From positions 1,248,001 through 1,312,000 of the forward strand of contig CBDBBI010000010.1 in NCBI GenBank assembly GCA_965202625.1: a DNA stretch of 64,000 nucleotides, given 5' to 3'. Position numbers and translations under genes: made by a program. Below, in pieces: positions 40,990 to 49,967 of the stretch. The notes beneath the pieces are model-generated. The model was not told where the DNA came from. It saw nothing but the letters and a program-made list of their open reading frames with translations, and searched no databases. Each line of letters opens with the position of its first letter. Within the stretch, counting starts at the first letter, position 1. Source of the DNA: a bacterium (lineage in GTDB: Bacteria; UBA8248).

Positions 40990-41895
40990 TTATGCCGTCA
41001 CTTTTTCCCAGCGGGGAATGAGGTTATATTTCCGCTTTCCCCCCGCACCCGCGAGAATCGCGTCCTCGGCCATTTTGAGGTAAGACGGCTCCACGTCGTA
41101 TCCTACGCACCTGCGCCCCTCTCTGAGAGCGACAATCGCCGTCTGGCCGCTCCCGAGAAAGGGATCAAGAATCTCATCCCCTTCCTGCGAATAGAGAAGC
41201 GCGAGACGGCGGACGAGCTCCTCGGGATATGGGCAGGGATGGTCTATGGCGTTGGGCGGCACGGGCGCGATATGCCAGACGTTGTTGGCGATGTCGCGCG
41301 TGAACAATTCATCAATATCCAGGCATTGCTTCTTTCCCCGCCGGGGGGAGCCGGGCTTTCGGAATATCAGGACATACTCCGTCATAATGTTGGGATAATA
41401 ATAGCCGGGTCTGGGGTTTTGGATGAAGCAGCCCGCGCGCTTTACGCCGCCCGTCACCTTGTTCCAGATGATGTCCTGATGAAACTCCCACCCTAAGTCC
41501 AGAAGGCGGTTCGTTATCATCATCGGGGCGGGATAATGCTTTCCCTTGTGAAGAATCGTTCCGACCACGACGGCGCAAAACCCGCCCTTTATCGTTGTTC
41601 GAAGAACCTCTTTGAAAACTTTTTGGATGTTCCCCAGGAAATCATCAAAGTTTTCACCGAACGAGATGTATTCGCGTTCACGATGCCACGCTTCGGAATT
41701 CTTAGAATGGATATCGTAGTCGATGGCGTTCCAGTAGGGAGGCGACGTAACCGTGAGGGCGATAGAATCATCGGCGCATTGCGGCATTTCGAGGCACGAT
41801 TGGCTATAGAATCTGTAGCCGTCTCCCTCCAGAAACGCCTCCGGCTTTCGCCGCTTCACGGCCGCGCTTCCCGCTCCGTTACATTCGCTCATCAT
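40990..41895 (-). CDS. Orphan beta-class N4-cytosine/N6-adenine DNA methyltransferase
   Basis: TSPPY before the SAM motif DPFLGSG (beta order), IIWNK, HPCPYPEEL. Confidence 0.92.
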   Translation of the reverse strand: MMSECNGAGSAAVKRRKPEAFLEGDGYRFYSQSCLEMPQCADDSIALTVTSPPYWNAIDYDIHSKNSEAWHREREYISFGENFDDFLGNIQKVFKEVLRTTIKGGFCAVVVGTILHKGKHYPAPMMITNRLLDLGWEFHQDIIWNKVTGGVKRAGCFIQNPRPGYYYPNIMTEYVLIFRKPGSPRRGKKQCLDIDELFTRDIANNVWHIAPVPPNAIDHPCPYPEELVRRLALLYSQEGDEILDPFLGSGQTAIVALREGRRCVGYDVEPSYLKMAEDAILAGAGGKRKYNLIPRWEKVTA

Positions 41896-42595
41896 GCTAT
41901 CATCCTCCCCCATTGAAGACGCCGCCCGACATGGGTATATTTTCGCTCTCGCCTTGAATCGAATAACATGCGTTATTACCATATATTGTATCATTTCGCG
42001 ACATACGCTCAAAATATAGTAGCGGGAAAGAAGCTTCACAAATAAGGGTAAAAATAGCGAAAATTTGTGCGTCTGACAACCTTTTCGCGGAAATCTCCGA
42101 ACGAGAGGTCCTGGATATAGCAAATCTTCCGCAACCCGGGGACGTCCGGCACGGGACGGATGAGATAGCGGCCCCGAAAGGGTTGCGCGAGATGGACGAG
42201 GAAATCAGACAAGGCGGACGCTCGCATAAGGGCGCCAGAGAGAACCGCGAAGGCGTGGGCGTCGCCAGAAAAGGAAAAGACGCCGACGACGGCTGAAAAG
42301 ACCCCTATTCCTGCGTTATTTTTGAGCGCGAGAGCTGCTCCTCGGCATGGCGCGATGAATACGCCGCGATCAAGGTGGGCGGCAAATGATGAATTCGCCC
42401 GTCGAAACGCCTGATGGAAACGCAATCGAGCAGTTGTTCGCCGGATTGCGCAAACGGAAACTCCGCCCGCGCATCGCCGCGCATGTGGAGAGAAAGTCCC
42501 GCCCCTTAAGAACCCGGGGAAAAAGGCGACAAGAGCAAAATGCGGAATGAAAATGAGGAGCGCATAATTGGCCCAACACGCGAGGAGGAACACCC

Positions 42596-43012
42596 ATGCG
42601 CCTGTCGTTCGATCACGTGCACATCATCTGTCAGGATATCGAGGCGATGCTCTCCTACTTCGAGAGCGTCTTCGGGGGCGAGGTCGTCCACCGGGAGGAG
42701 AACTTCCACGGCGCGCCCAACGCCATCGTCCGCGTCGGTGAGGCCCGGCTCTTTCTGAGGGGCGTTCGACCGGGCGAGACGCCCGGCTCAAACCACCCCG
42801 ACGCCGTCATGGGGCTCGACCACTTTTCGTTGGCCGTGGACGACGTGCATGGCCTCTCGGTGCGGATGAAGGCGGCCGGAGCGGATTTCATCCGAGAACC
42901 CGCCCCATCGGGTATGGGAGGCAGAACGACGGCCTACGTCAGGGGACCGGAAGGGATTCGCATCGAGCTCTCAGAGCGCGCGGGAGAAGAAACTGATCAG
43001 CAACGCGCCTAA
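42596..43012 (+). CDS. VOC/glyoxalase family protein
   Basis: FDHVHI, LDHFSLAVDD, YVRGPEGIRIEL; GAGGAGG RBS. Confidence 0.9.
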   Translation: MRLSFDHVHIICQDIEAMLSYFESVFGGEVVHREENFHGAPNAIVRVGEARLFLRGVRPGETPGSNHPDAVMGLDHFSLAVDDVHGLSVRMKAAGADFIREPAPSGMGGRTTAYVRGPEGIRIELSERAGEETDQQRA

Positions 43013-43019
43013 AGGCGTC

Positions 43020-43450
43020 GGCACCATCTCATACCGGCGCATGAAAGGTGCGTTCATTGAGGTGCAACGCCGCACGGGCATGGCGACCGTTCTCCTCGCC
43101 GAATATTTCCACGAGCAGTTCCCAGGCGCTGCGCTCAGCTATCCCATGCGCCGGACCGCGCGCGCGATTCTATCCAGATCGCCGACGACGGCTCTCGCTT
43201 GGGGCAAGTGATTCAGCACGCACAGGCGCGCCGATTGATACCCTTGCTCGACGGTGCGTCCGCGCCCAGTTTCATCTTTGCACGAAATCTCGTCATCCGT
43301 TTTGATCTTGCCGATCGCGCCCGATAAAAAGAGCGTCTCGCCCGCCCAAACGCCTTGAGTGTAGTTCGCCGCCGCCTCGGGAGTCGGCGGAAGCGCCAGG
43401 CCCAGCTCCTCCAGACGCGCTTCGAATCCTGCAAGAATGAACGCGCGCAT
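43020..43450 (-). pseudogene. RidA (YjgF/YER057c) family pseudogene
   Basis: EARLEELGLALP..AANY..LFLSG..GYQSARLCVLN..GDLDRI then a stop; the C-terminal ELLVEIFGEENGRHARAA is in another frame. Confidence 0.75.
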
Positions 43451-43478
43451 AGCGAACCCTCAGCCCGCCGCACAAGCC

Positions 43479-43512
43479 AAAGAAAACCCCCGGACCTTGA
43501 GAGGGCCGGGGG
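43479..43512 (-). terminator. Intrinsic terminator downstream of ino1
   Basis: CCCCCGG/CCGGGGG hairpin followed on the minus strand by TTTTCTTT, about 22 nt after the ino1 stop. Confidence 0.7.
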
Positions 43513-43534
43513 CGGGCGTCCTGAAAGCGGGGGC

Positions 43535-44680
43535 CTACTTGTGGCCGTATCTCGCAGGCAGGCCGTTGCCGTTGCATTCGATCTGGTCGCTCGCGCGCAG
43601 GTCGCCCGCGATGAACTCATCTATCATCTGGCGCGAGACGTAATCCGGCATCTGCACCGGCGGATGCTTCATCAAATATGCGCTCACGGGGTAGAGCGGC
43701 CCCGCCTCGCCCCTGTCGCGCGCGACGCGCGCCAGCCGAATGGCGTCGATGACGACGCCTCCGGAGTTGGGCGAGTCTTCCACAGAGAGGCGCGCCTCGA
43801 TATCGAGCGGCACCCCGCCGAAGCCCTCCGCCTCGATTCGCAAGAAGCATATCTTGTTGTCGCCCTGCCAAGGCACATAGTCGGACGGTCCGATGTGGAT
43901 GTTGTCGGCGTCCAGGGGCTCAGGCAACTGACTTTGCACGGCGTCGGTTTTCGAGATTTTCTTCGACTTCAGGCGAGAGCGCTCCAGCATGTTCAAAAAG
44001 TCGGTGTTTCCGCCCGTGTTCAGCTGATAGGTGCGCTTGAGTTTCACACCCCGATCCGCGCACAGCTTCACGAGCGCGCGGTGGAGGATGGTGGCGCCGA
44101 GTTGGGCCTTCACGTCGTCGCCCACCACCGGAATGCCCGCCTCAGTGAAGCGGCGCGCGATATCGGGGTTCGACACGATGAAGACAGGCATGCAGTTGAT
44201 GAAGGAGACGCCGGCCTCGAGAGCCGCCTCGGCATAGTGGCGCGCCGCCCGTTCCGAACCCACGGGCATGAAGTTCAGGAGTATCTCCGCTCCGCTGTCG
44301 CGCAACTCGGCCGCCACGTCGCAAGGCGCCGCTTCAGAGGGCAGAAAAGAGCGATCCGAGGCGTATTCCGCCATGTGGGCCGCCACCCCGTCGAGCACCG
44401 GCCCCATTCGCACGTTCACTCCATAGTCGGGCAGATTCTCCCAAATCGTCTTCGTGCAATTCGGCTTGGCGAAGGCTGCGGCGTGCAAGGGCTGGCCCAC
44501 CTTGCGGATGTCGATGTCAAAAGCCGCCGCGACCTGCACATCGTCCGGCCCATAGCCGCCCAGGTTCCGGTGCATGAGACCCAGTTCCTCTTCCGGATGA
44601 TGGCGATAGTATTCAATGCCCTGGAGCAGGGAACTCGCGCAGTTCCCGACGCCGGCGATGGCGATGCGAATCGGAGACAT
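43535..44680 (-). CDS. ino1: myo-inositol-1-phosphate synthase
   Basis: AGVGNCASSL, VGDDVKAQLGAT, YQLNTGGNTDFLNM, IHIGPSDYV, EDSPNSGG. Confidence 0.95.
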   Translation of the reverse strand: MSPIRIAIAGVGNCASSLLQGIEYYRHHPEEELGLMHRNLGGYGPDDVQVAAAFDIDIRKVGQPLHAAAFAKPNCTKTIWENLPDYGVNVRMGPVLDGVAAHMAEYASDRSFLPSEAAPCDVAAELRDSGAEILLNFMPVGSERAARHYAEAALEAGVSFINCMPVFIVSNPDIARRFTEAGIPVVGDDVKAQLGATILHRALVKLCADRGVKLKRTYQLNTGGNTDFLNMLERSRLKSKKISKTDAVQSQLPEPLDADNIHIGPSDYVPWQGDNKICFLRIEAEGFGGVPLDIEARLSVEDSPNSGGVVIDAIRLARVARDRGEAGPLYPVSAYLMKHPPVQMPDYVSRQMIDEFIAGDLRASDQIECNGNGLPARYGHK

Positions 44681-44911
44681 AGATGCGTTTCCTTTCTTGC
44701 CTTGCGGTCGTCTCAGCCCCGAGAGGCGTTCCCGAGGCGGAATTCATCAGTCAGGACTGCAGCCGCCAACCACGCACATAGGGATTCAAAGTTACGTCAA
44801 TGGGCGTGAATGATCGCTTCCACAGAAGGGCGACTATATCCCAAAATCGAGATTTTCTCCAAGAGCAGGAGAAGAAATGGTTCGGGACGCGCCCAAGCGC
44901 GGCGCGGCTGG

Positions 44912-45910
44912 CTAATAGAGTAGGCAGCGGACGAAGTGTCCGGGCGACACCTCCTTGAGTTCGGGCTCGTTCTCCTTGCACGTCGCCTTCACGTCCGGGC
45001 ACCTCGGATTGAAGCTGCACCCCGTCGGCAAGCGGTTCAAGCTGGGCACGATGCCCTTGATTTCCTCAAGGCGAATCCGCGCGCCGGGCTTGGCAGTGTT
45101 GAGTTTCGGTATCGAATGGAGCAGCCCCCGGGTGTAGGGATGCAGCGGGTTCCCGAAAATCTCCTCCGTCGGCGCCTCCTCGACTACCTTTCCGGCATAC
45201 ATCACGACGACGCGCTTGCACGTCTCGGCCACCAGCCCCAGATCGTGCGTGATGAGGATGACCGCGGTTCCCAAATCCTCCTGCAACTTGACCATGAGGT
45301 CAAGAATTTGTGCCTGGATGGTCACGTCAAGAGCCGTGGTCGGTTCGTCGGCCAGCAGGATTCTCGGGTTGCACGAGAGCGCCATGGCGATCATCGCACG
45401 CTGCCGCATCCCGCCGGAGAGCTGATGGGGGTATTCTCGCACCCTCTGACGCGGCAGGGGGATGCCGACGAGGTCGAGCATCTCGGCGGCCTTGTCCATC
45501 GCGTCTTTTTTCCGCATCCCCTGGTGGAGCATGACGGCCTCGGCAATCTGGAAGCCGACGGTGAACACCGGGTTCAGACTCGTCATCGGCTCCTGGAAGA
45601 TCATCGAAATGTGGTTGCCGCGAATCTCGCGCAGCTCCTTCGCGCCCAGCTTCGTCAGGTCGCGGCCCTCGAAGAAGATGCCGTCGCCGAATATCTCGCC
45701 CGGCGGCTCAGGAATGAGGCGAAGCACCGAAAGCGCCGTCACCGTCTTGCCGCACCCCGACTCGCCCACCACGCCCAGCGTCTCCCCCGCCTTCAGACTG
45801 TAGCTCACGCCGTCCACGGCGCGCACCGTGCCCTCCGGCGTGTGAAAGTGGGTGTGCAGATTCTTCAGTTCCAAAATCGTGTCGGTGCGGACGGCTGCGC
45901 CTTGGGCCAT
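44912..45910 (-). CDS. Oligopeptide/dipeptide ABC transporter ATP-binding subunit (OppD/DppD type)
   Basis: [40 protein letters not shown]-terminal C..PRC..C motif. Confidence 0.95.
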   Translation of the reverse strand: MAQGAAVRTDTILELKNLHTHFHTPEGTVRAVDGVSYSLKAGETLGVVGESGCGKTVTALSVLRLIPEPPGEIFGDGIFFEGRDLTKLGAKELREIRGNHISMIFQEPMTSLNPVFTVGFQIAEAVMLHQGMRKKDAMDKAAEMLDLVGIPLPRQRVREYPHQLSGGMRQRAMIAMALSCNPRILLADEPTTALDVTIQAQILDLMVKLQEDLGTAVILITHDLGLVAETCKRVVVMYAGKVVEEAPTEEIFGNPLHPYTRGLLHSIPKLNTAKPGARIRLEEIKGIVPSLNRLPTGCSFNPRCPDVKATCKENEPELKEVSPGHFVRCLLY

Positions 45911-46031
45911 GGGTAACCTCCTGACTCGGGGCTCAATCTCGAACAACCGATCATCAATCGCTCAATTATAGGGACACGGCGATCTGATTGTCCAGCCGAT
46001 CGGGGAAACCCCCGGAACCCCCCGCCGCCCG

Positions 46032-46670
46032 TCAGGAGGAGAGCGTCTCCCGCCCGTGGGGGCAGTCCACAAGCAAGGGACAATCCGCGCAGCGGGGGCC
46101 CCTAGCCGCACAGCGATTTCTTCCGTGGTGAATGAGCAGCGTCGAGAGCCGACCCCACCATTTCTTCGGCACGGCATCCATGAGCTGAAACTCGGCCCGC
46201 ACCGGGTCGCGGGTCGCTATCCAGCCCAGCCGGTTGGCCACGCGCAAGACGTGCGTGTCCACGGGGACCGTCGGCTGGCCATAAACCTCGTTCAGGACGA
46301 CGTTGGCCGTCTTGCGTCCCACGCCGGAGAGTGTCGTCAATGCGTCCATCTCGGCGGGCACCTCGCCACCGAACCTCTCATCAAGGCGAGCACAGCAGGC
46401 GCGTATCGCCCTCGCCTTCTGGCGATAGAACCCGCAAGAGTGAACCAGCCGCTCGATTTCGCCGGGGGCGGAGCGCGCATACGAGGCGGCGTCGGGATAC
46501 CGGGCGAAAAGAGCGGGGGTCACCCTATTGACCCGCGCGTCCGTGCACTGGGCGGAGAGCATGGTCGCCACCAGCAGCTCGAGCGGGCTTTCATAGCGAA
46601 GCGCGCAACGCGCCCCGGGGTAGGCTTTCTCCAGGGCGCGCAGAAGGCGCGCGGGCGAGGATGCGGACAT
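46032..46670 (-). CDS. nth: Endonuclease III
   Basis: LLVATMLSAQCTD, HhH LSGVGRKTANV, VDTHV, 4Fe-4S motif C-x6-C-x2-C-x5-C. Confidence 0.95.
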   Translation of the reverse strand: MSASSPARLLRALEKAYPGARCALRYESPLELLVATMLSAQCTDARVNRVTPALFARYPDAASYARSAPGEIERLVHSCGFYRQKARAIRACCARLDERFGGEVPAEMDALTTLSGVGRKTANVVLNEVYGQPTVPVDTHVLRVANRLGWIATRDPVRAEFQLMDAVPKKWWGRLSTLLIHHGRNRCAARGPRCADCPLLVDCPHGRETLSS

Positions 46671-46802
46671 CTCCCTCCGACCTCCTTTGAGAATCGCGCG
46701 ATGCGTCCGGGCGTTCTTTTCAAAACCGACGGATTCGGGCTAGAATAGCAAGCGAAGCACGCAATCGCCTAGATGGAAGTGGAATGAGAGGAGAGAACTT
46801 CA

Positions 46803-47042
46803 ATGGCCGAACCTCGTATGGCCCAGAAATCGCCCTACATCCATACACAGGAGAAGAACGCGAAACTCGCTTGGTGCGCGTGCGGCATGAGCGCGTCCCA
46901 GCCCTTTTGCGACGGCTCGCACAAGGGGTCGGGCTTTCGCCCCATCGTGCTCGACGTCGAGGCGGGCAAAACTTACGCCTTTTGCGGCTGCAAGCGAACG
47001 GGCAACGCGCCCATGTGCGACGGTACCCATGCAAAACTTTGA
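46803..47042 (+). CDS. Tandem CDGSH iron-sulfur protein (MiNT-like)
   Basis: WCACGMSASQPFCDGSH and FCGCKRTGNAPMCDGTH; GAGGAG RBS. Confidence 0.93.
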   Translation: MAEPRMAQKSPYIHTQEKNAKLAWCACGMSASQPFCDGSHKGSGFRPIVLDVEAGKTYAFCGCKRTGNAPMCDGTHAKL

Positions 47043-47067
47043 AGGGGAGTGCCCACAAGCCTAAGAC

Positions 47068-47143
47068 GCGCGTGTAGCTCAGAGGATAGAGCGCCTGCCT
47101 CCGGAGCAGGAAGTCGCAGGTTCGACTCCTGCCACGCGCACCA
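47068..47143 (+). tRNA. tRNA-Arg (anticodon CCG)
   Basis: Acceptor GCGCGTG/CACGCGC with ACCA end, D-arm TAGCTCAGAGGATAGAGC, anticodon arm CCTGC-CTCCGGA-GCAGG, T-loop GGTTCGACTCC. Confidence 0.97.
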
Positions 47144-47365
47144 AGAGAGCACGCATAGGTCGAGAAGACAGAAAATTACATACCGACCCCCAAACGGAAA
47201 GCCCACGAGCTAGCCTGTTCGTCGTGTATATGGTGCGCCACGCGCTCCCTCCTCCCCTTGACCGCCGAGGCCCATGCGGATAGGCTAATTTTCCTTTTCT
47301 CCTTGCGCGAGGTCTCTTGGTATTTTCGGTGGGAGCACCCAGTGCCCCGCTTCCGGAGAGGCGCG

Positions 47366-48259
47366 ATGTTCGGTGAATACATCGACAGCCACAACCACAT
47401 GCACGCCCTGACCTGGGACGATTGGGAGCTTCTCGGCACGACGGGAATGCGCGCGGCCGTGCTCTCCTGCGGCAACCCGCATCTCTATCGGGAGGTCTGG
47501 GAGGAGGCGCCGGAGTTTGACGACATCATGCGCTTCTGGGAAGGCCCGCTCGACTTGGCCGACGTCTCGGAGGCGCAGCACTTCATCAAAATCCGGTGCG
47601 CGCTCGGGCTGAGCGCGATGACGCGCGTGAGCGACTGGGAGAAGCTGCTGCCCGCGCTCTCCGGCTTCATGGAGCATCCCCGCGTGGTCGCCCTGGGCGA
47701 GATCGGCCTGGACCCCACGCAGTATTTCTCCCTCACCTGGCCGATGGAGGAGCAGGTCGCATGCCTGGAGGCACAGGCGCGGATCGCCAAACGACGCGAC
47801 AAGCCCATCATCCTGCATACGCCCACGCCGAAGAGGAGCGAGGATTTTCTGGGAAAAGTCACAGTCCAGGAGGACGTCCCCCCCGAGCGCGTCCGGCTGC
47901 ATTATCTGCAAAAAGACCTTGAGGCGCTCCGAAGAGCGGGGTTCGACGAGAGCCGGGTCGCCGTCGATCACAGCGACCAGACGACCATCGGCTACGTCCA
48001 CGAGAATACGCGCGCGATGTCCGCCATCAGCATCGGCAGCGCGCTCAGGCCGGTAAAGCCCGCTCAGATCGTCGAGTGGGTGCGCGCTTTCGGGCCGGAG
48101 CGGATCATGCTGAACTCCGACCATCTGGGCTACCGGCCCATCGACATTCTCTCGGTGCCCAAGACGCTGCGCGCCATGCGAAACGCCGGCCTCCCCGACG
48201 CCGAAATTCGCCAGGTCTCCTTCGAGAACGCGAGACGATTCTATGACCTCTCCCTATAG
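47366..48259 (+). CDS. TatD-related amidohydrolase-fold metallohydrolase
   Basis: IDSHNHMH, ALGEIGLD, IILHTP, VDH, IMLNSD, ENARRFY. Confidence 0.85.
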   Translation: MFGEYIDSHNHMHALTWDDWELLGTTGMRAAVLSCGNPHLYREVWEEAPEFDDIMRFWEGPLDLADVSEAQHFIKIRCALGLSAMTRVSDWEKLLPALSGFMEHPRVVALGEIGLDPTQYFSLTWPMEEQVACLEAQARIAKRRDKPIILHTPTPKRSEDFLGKVTVQEDVPPERVRLHYLQKDLEALRRAGFDESRVAVDHSDQTTIGYVHENTRAMSAISIGSALRPVKPAQIVEWVRAFGPERIMLNSDHLGYRPIDILSVPKTLRAMRNAGLPDAEIRQVSFENARRFYDLSL

Positions 48260-48268
48260 GGGCGCGTG

Positions 48269-49369
48269 ATGCGCGAGAAGCCGGACCCGTTCGAGCATTT
48301 CTTCGCCGCCCCCTGGTCGGACGGACTGCCCGTGGTGACGCCCACGCCCGAGCGCCTCGCCTGGATGCTGGGCGGCGCGGGCAGGGACCCGGCCGAGTCC
48401 CTGGGCGACGTTCCGCCCGCCATGCGCCCGGCGACGGTGGAGAGCGTCGCCCTGCACGCCCTCATGGCGGGCTGCAAACCCGAATATCTGCCCGTTGTTC
48501 TGGGCGCGCTCGAGGCCATGCTCGTCGAGCGCTTCAACCTCGTGGGCATTCAAGCCACCATGTTCACCGGCGGCCCCCTCCTGATACTGAACGGGCCCTA
48601 CGCGCGAAAAATCGGCGTGCACGCGGGCTCTGGATGCTTCGGCCCCGGCTTTCGGGCGAACGCGACCATCGGCCGGGCGCTCAGGCTCATCATGATGAAC
48701 CTGGGCGGCGCCCTGCCGGGCGTCTCCGATATGAGCACCTTCGGCAGCCCCTCCAAATTCACCTACTGCGTTCGGGAGAACGAGGAGCAAAGCCCCTGGC
48801 CGCCGCTGCCGAGCGATTTTGGCTTCGCGCGCGGCGCGGACGTCCTCACCGTCTGCAACGCCGAGGCCCCGCACATGGCCATGGACGACGTGAGCGCGGC
48901 GCCCGAAGGCGTTCTCGCCACTCTGGCGAGCACGATGTGCGCCATGGGCTCCACGACGGCCTACACCCGGACGAACTGGGTCGTGGTCATCGCGCCTGAT
49001 CACGCGGAAATTCTCGCGCGGGGCGGGCTGACGCGCGCCGACGTCAAGCGGGAGCTGTTCGAGCGCGCGAGAATGCCCGTGGGCGTTCTGAAGCAGGGCG
49101 GCCGCTACCGGGGGCCCGCCCTCTCGCGCTGGCCGGACTGGGTGGATCATGCCGACGACGCTTGTCTCGTCCCTATGGCGCACGCACCGGAGGACGTCCT
49201 GCTCCTCGTCGCAGGCGGCGTCCCCGGCCCCTCCTCTCTCGTCATACCCGGCTGGAACACGTCGAGCGAGGCGATCACCCAAACCTATCGCGCGGACGAG
49301 AGTCTCGCGCCCTCCCCCTTGATGCGTCCCCAAACGCGCGATAACCGCGTCCAACAAACCCCTGGGTAG
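48269..49369 (+). CDS. Conserved hypothetical protein (DGLPV..PT / MAGC family)
   Basis: WSDGLPVVTPT, ALMAGCKPEYLPVV, RANATIGRALRL, ENEEQSPW; starts 9 nt after the TatD-like stop. Confidence 0.8.
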   Translation: MREKPDPFEHFFAAPWSDGLPVVTPTPERLAWMLGGAGRDPAESLGDVPPAMRPATVESVALHALMAGCKPEYLPVVLGALEAMLVERFNLVGIQATMFTGGPLLILNGPYARKIGVHAGSGCFGPGFRANATIGRALRLIMMNLGGALPGVSDMSTFGSPSKFTYCVRENEEQSPWPPLPSDFGFARGADVLTVCNAEAPHMAMDDVSAAPEGVLATLASTMCAMGSTTAYTRTNWVVVIAPDHAEILARGGLTRADVKRELFERARMPVGVLKQGGRYRGPALSRWPDWVDHADDACLVPMAHAPEDVLLLVAGGVPGPSSLVIPGWNTSSEAITQTYRADESLAPSPLMRPQTRDNRVQQTPG

Positions 49370-49581
49370 TCCTTAGCGCAGCAGCGTCACTTTACGCGCT
49401 CGCGTTTTTCCGCAAGGCGGAAGCGAAAAAATGAAGAATACCTCATAGTCCGCCTCCGCTTTATGAGGGGAGGGAAAACAAAGCGGGAGCGGAAAAACAA
49501 AGAACTCCGAGCGGAGGGGAGAGATGAAGCATCCGTTCCGGACGCGCGCGGATTTGAGATTGACCAACCCGCAAGAGGAAA

Positions 49582-49602
49582 CATAGAATAGGATATTCTA
49601 TG
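49582..49602. promoter_or_regulatory. Perfect 9-bp inverted repeat, putative operator
   Basis: CATAGAATA-GGA-TATTCTATG, about 46 bp upstream of a -35 box. Confidence 0.5.
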
Positions 49603-49648
49603 GAGAGACTTCCGCGTATTCTGAAAGTTATGGGTAGATGCCGACTTT

Positions 49649-49678
49649 TTGTCATGAAGCAGGGAAATATGGTAGAAT
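49649..49678 (+). promoter_or_regulatory. Sigma70-like promoter with extended -10
   Basis: TTGTCA (49649-49654), 18-bp spacer ending in TGG, then TAGAAT (49673-49678). Confidence 0.6.
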
Positions 49679-49680
49679 AG

Positions 49681-49841
49681 GCACCTCGCACCTCGCACCT
49701 CGCACCTCGCACCTCGCACCTCGCACCTCGCACCTCGCACCTCGCACCTCGCACCTCGCACCTCGCACCTCGCACCTCGCACCTCGCACCTCGCACCTCG
49801 CACCTCGCACCTCGCACCTCGCACCTCGCACCTCGCACCTC
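49681..49841. repeat. Perfect heptanucleotide tandem repeat (GCACCTC)x23
   Basis: 161 bp counted directly as 23 exact units; non-coding. Confidence 0.98.
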
Positions 49842-49967
49842 AGCAGTCTCTCTAGATAATAAACCAACCTGCCGCAATCCGGATTCCCCTCCCCCTGAAA
49901 CGCCTGAGCGCCCGCCTGAGCGCCTTCATTCTCATCAACCTGCGCACTTGCAAGAGGGCGCATAGGG

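Noticed and set aside
43535-48259. ebo-like cluster (ino1 plus TatD-like gene)
   Set aside because: The two genes are divergent and separated by unrelated genes, and no EboA/C/E/F homologs are visible.
49681-49841. CRISPR array
   Set aside because: There are no spacers, the unit is 7 bp, and no cas genes are present.
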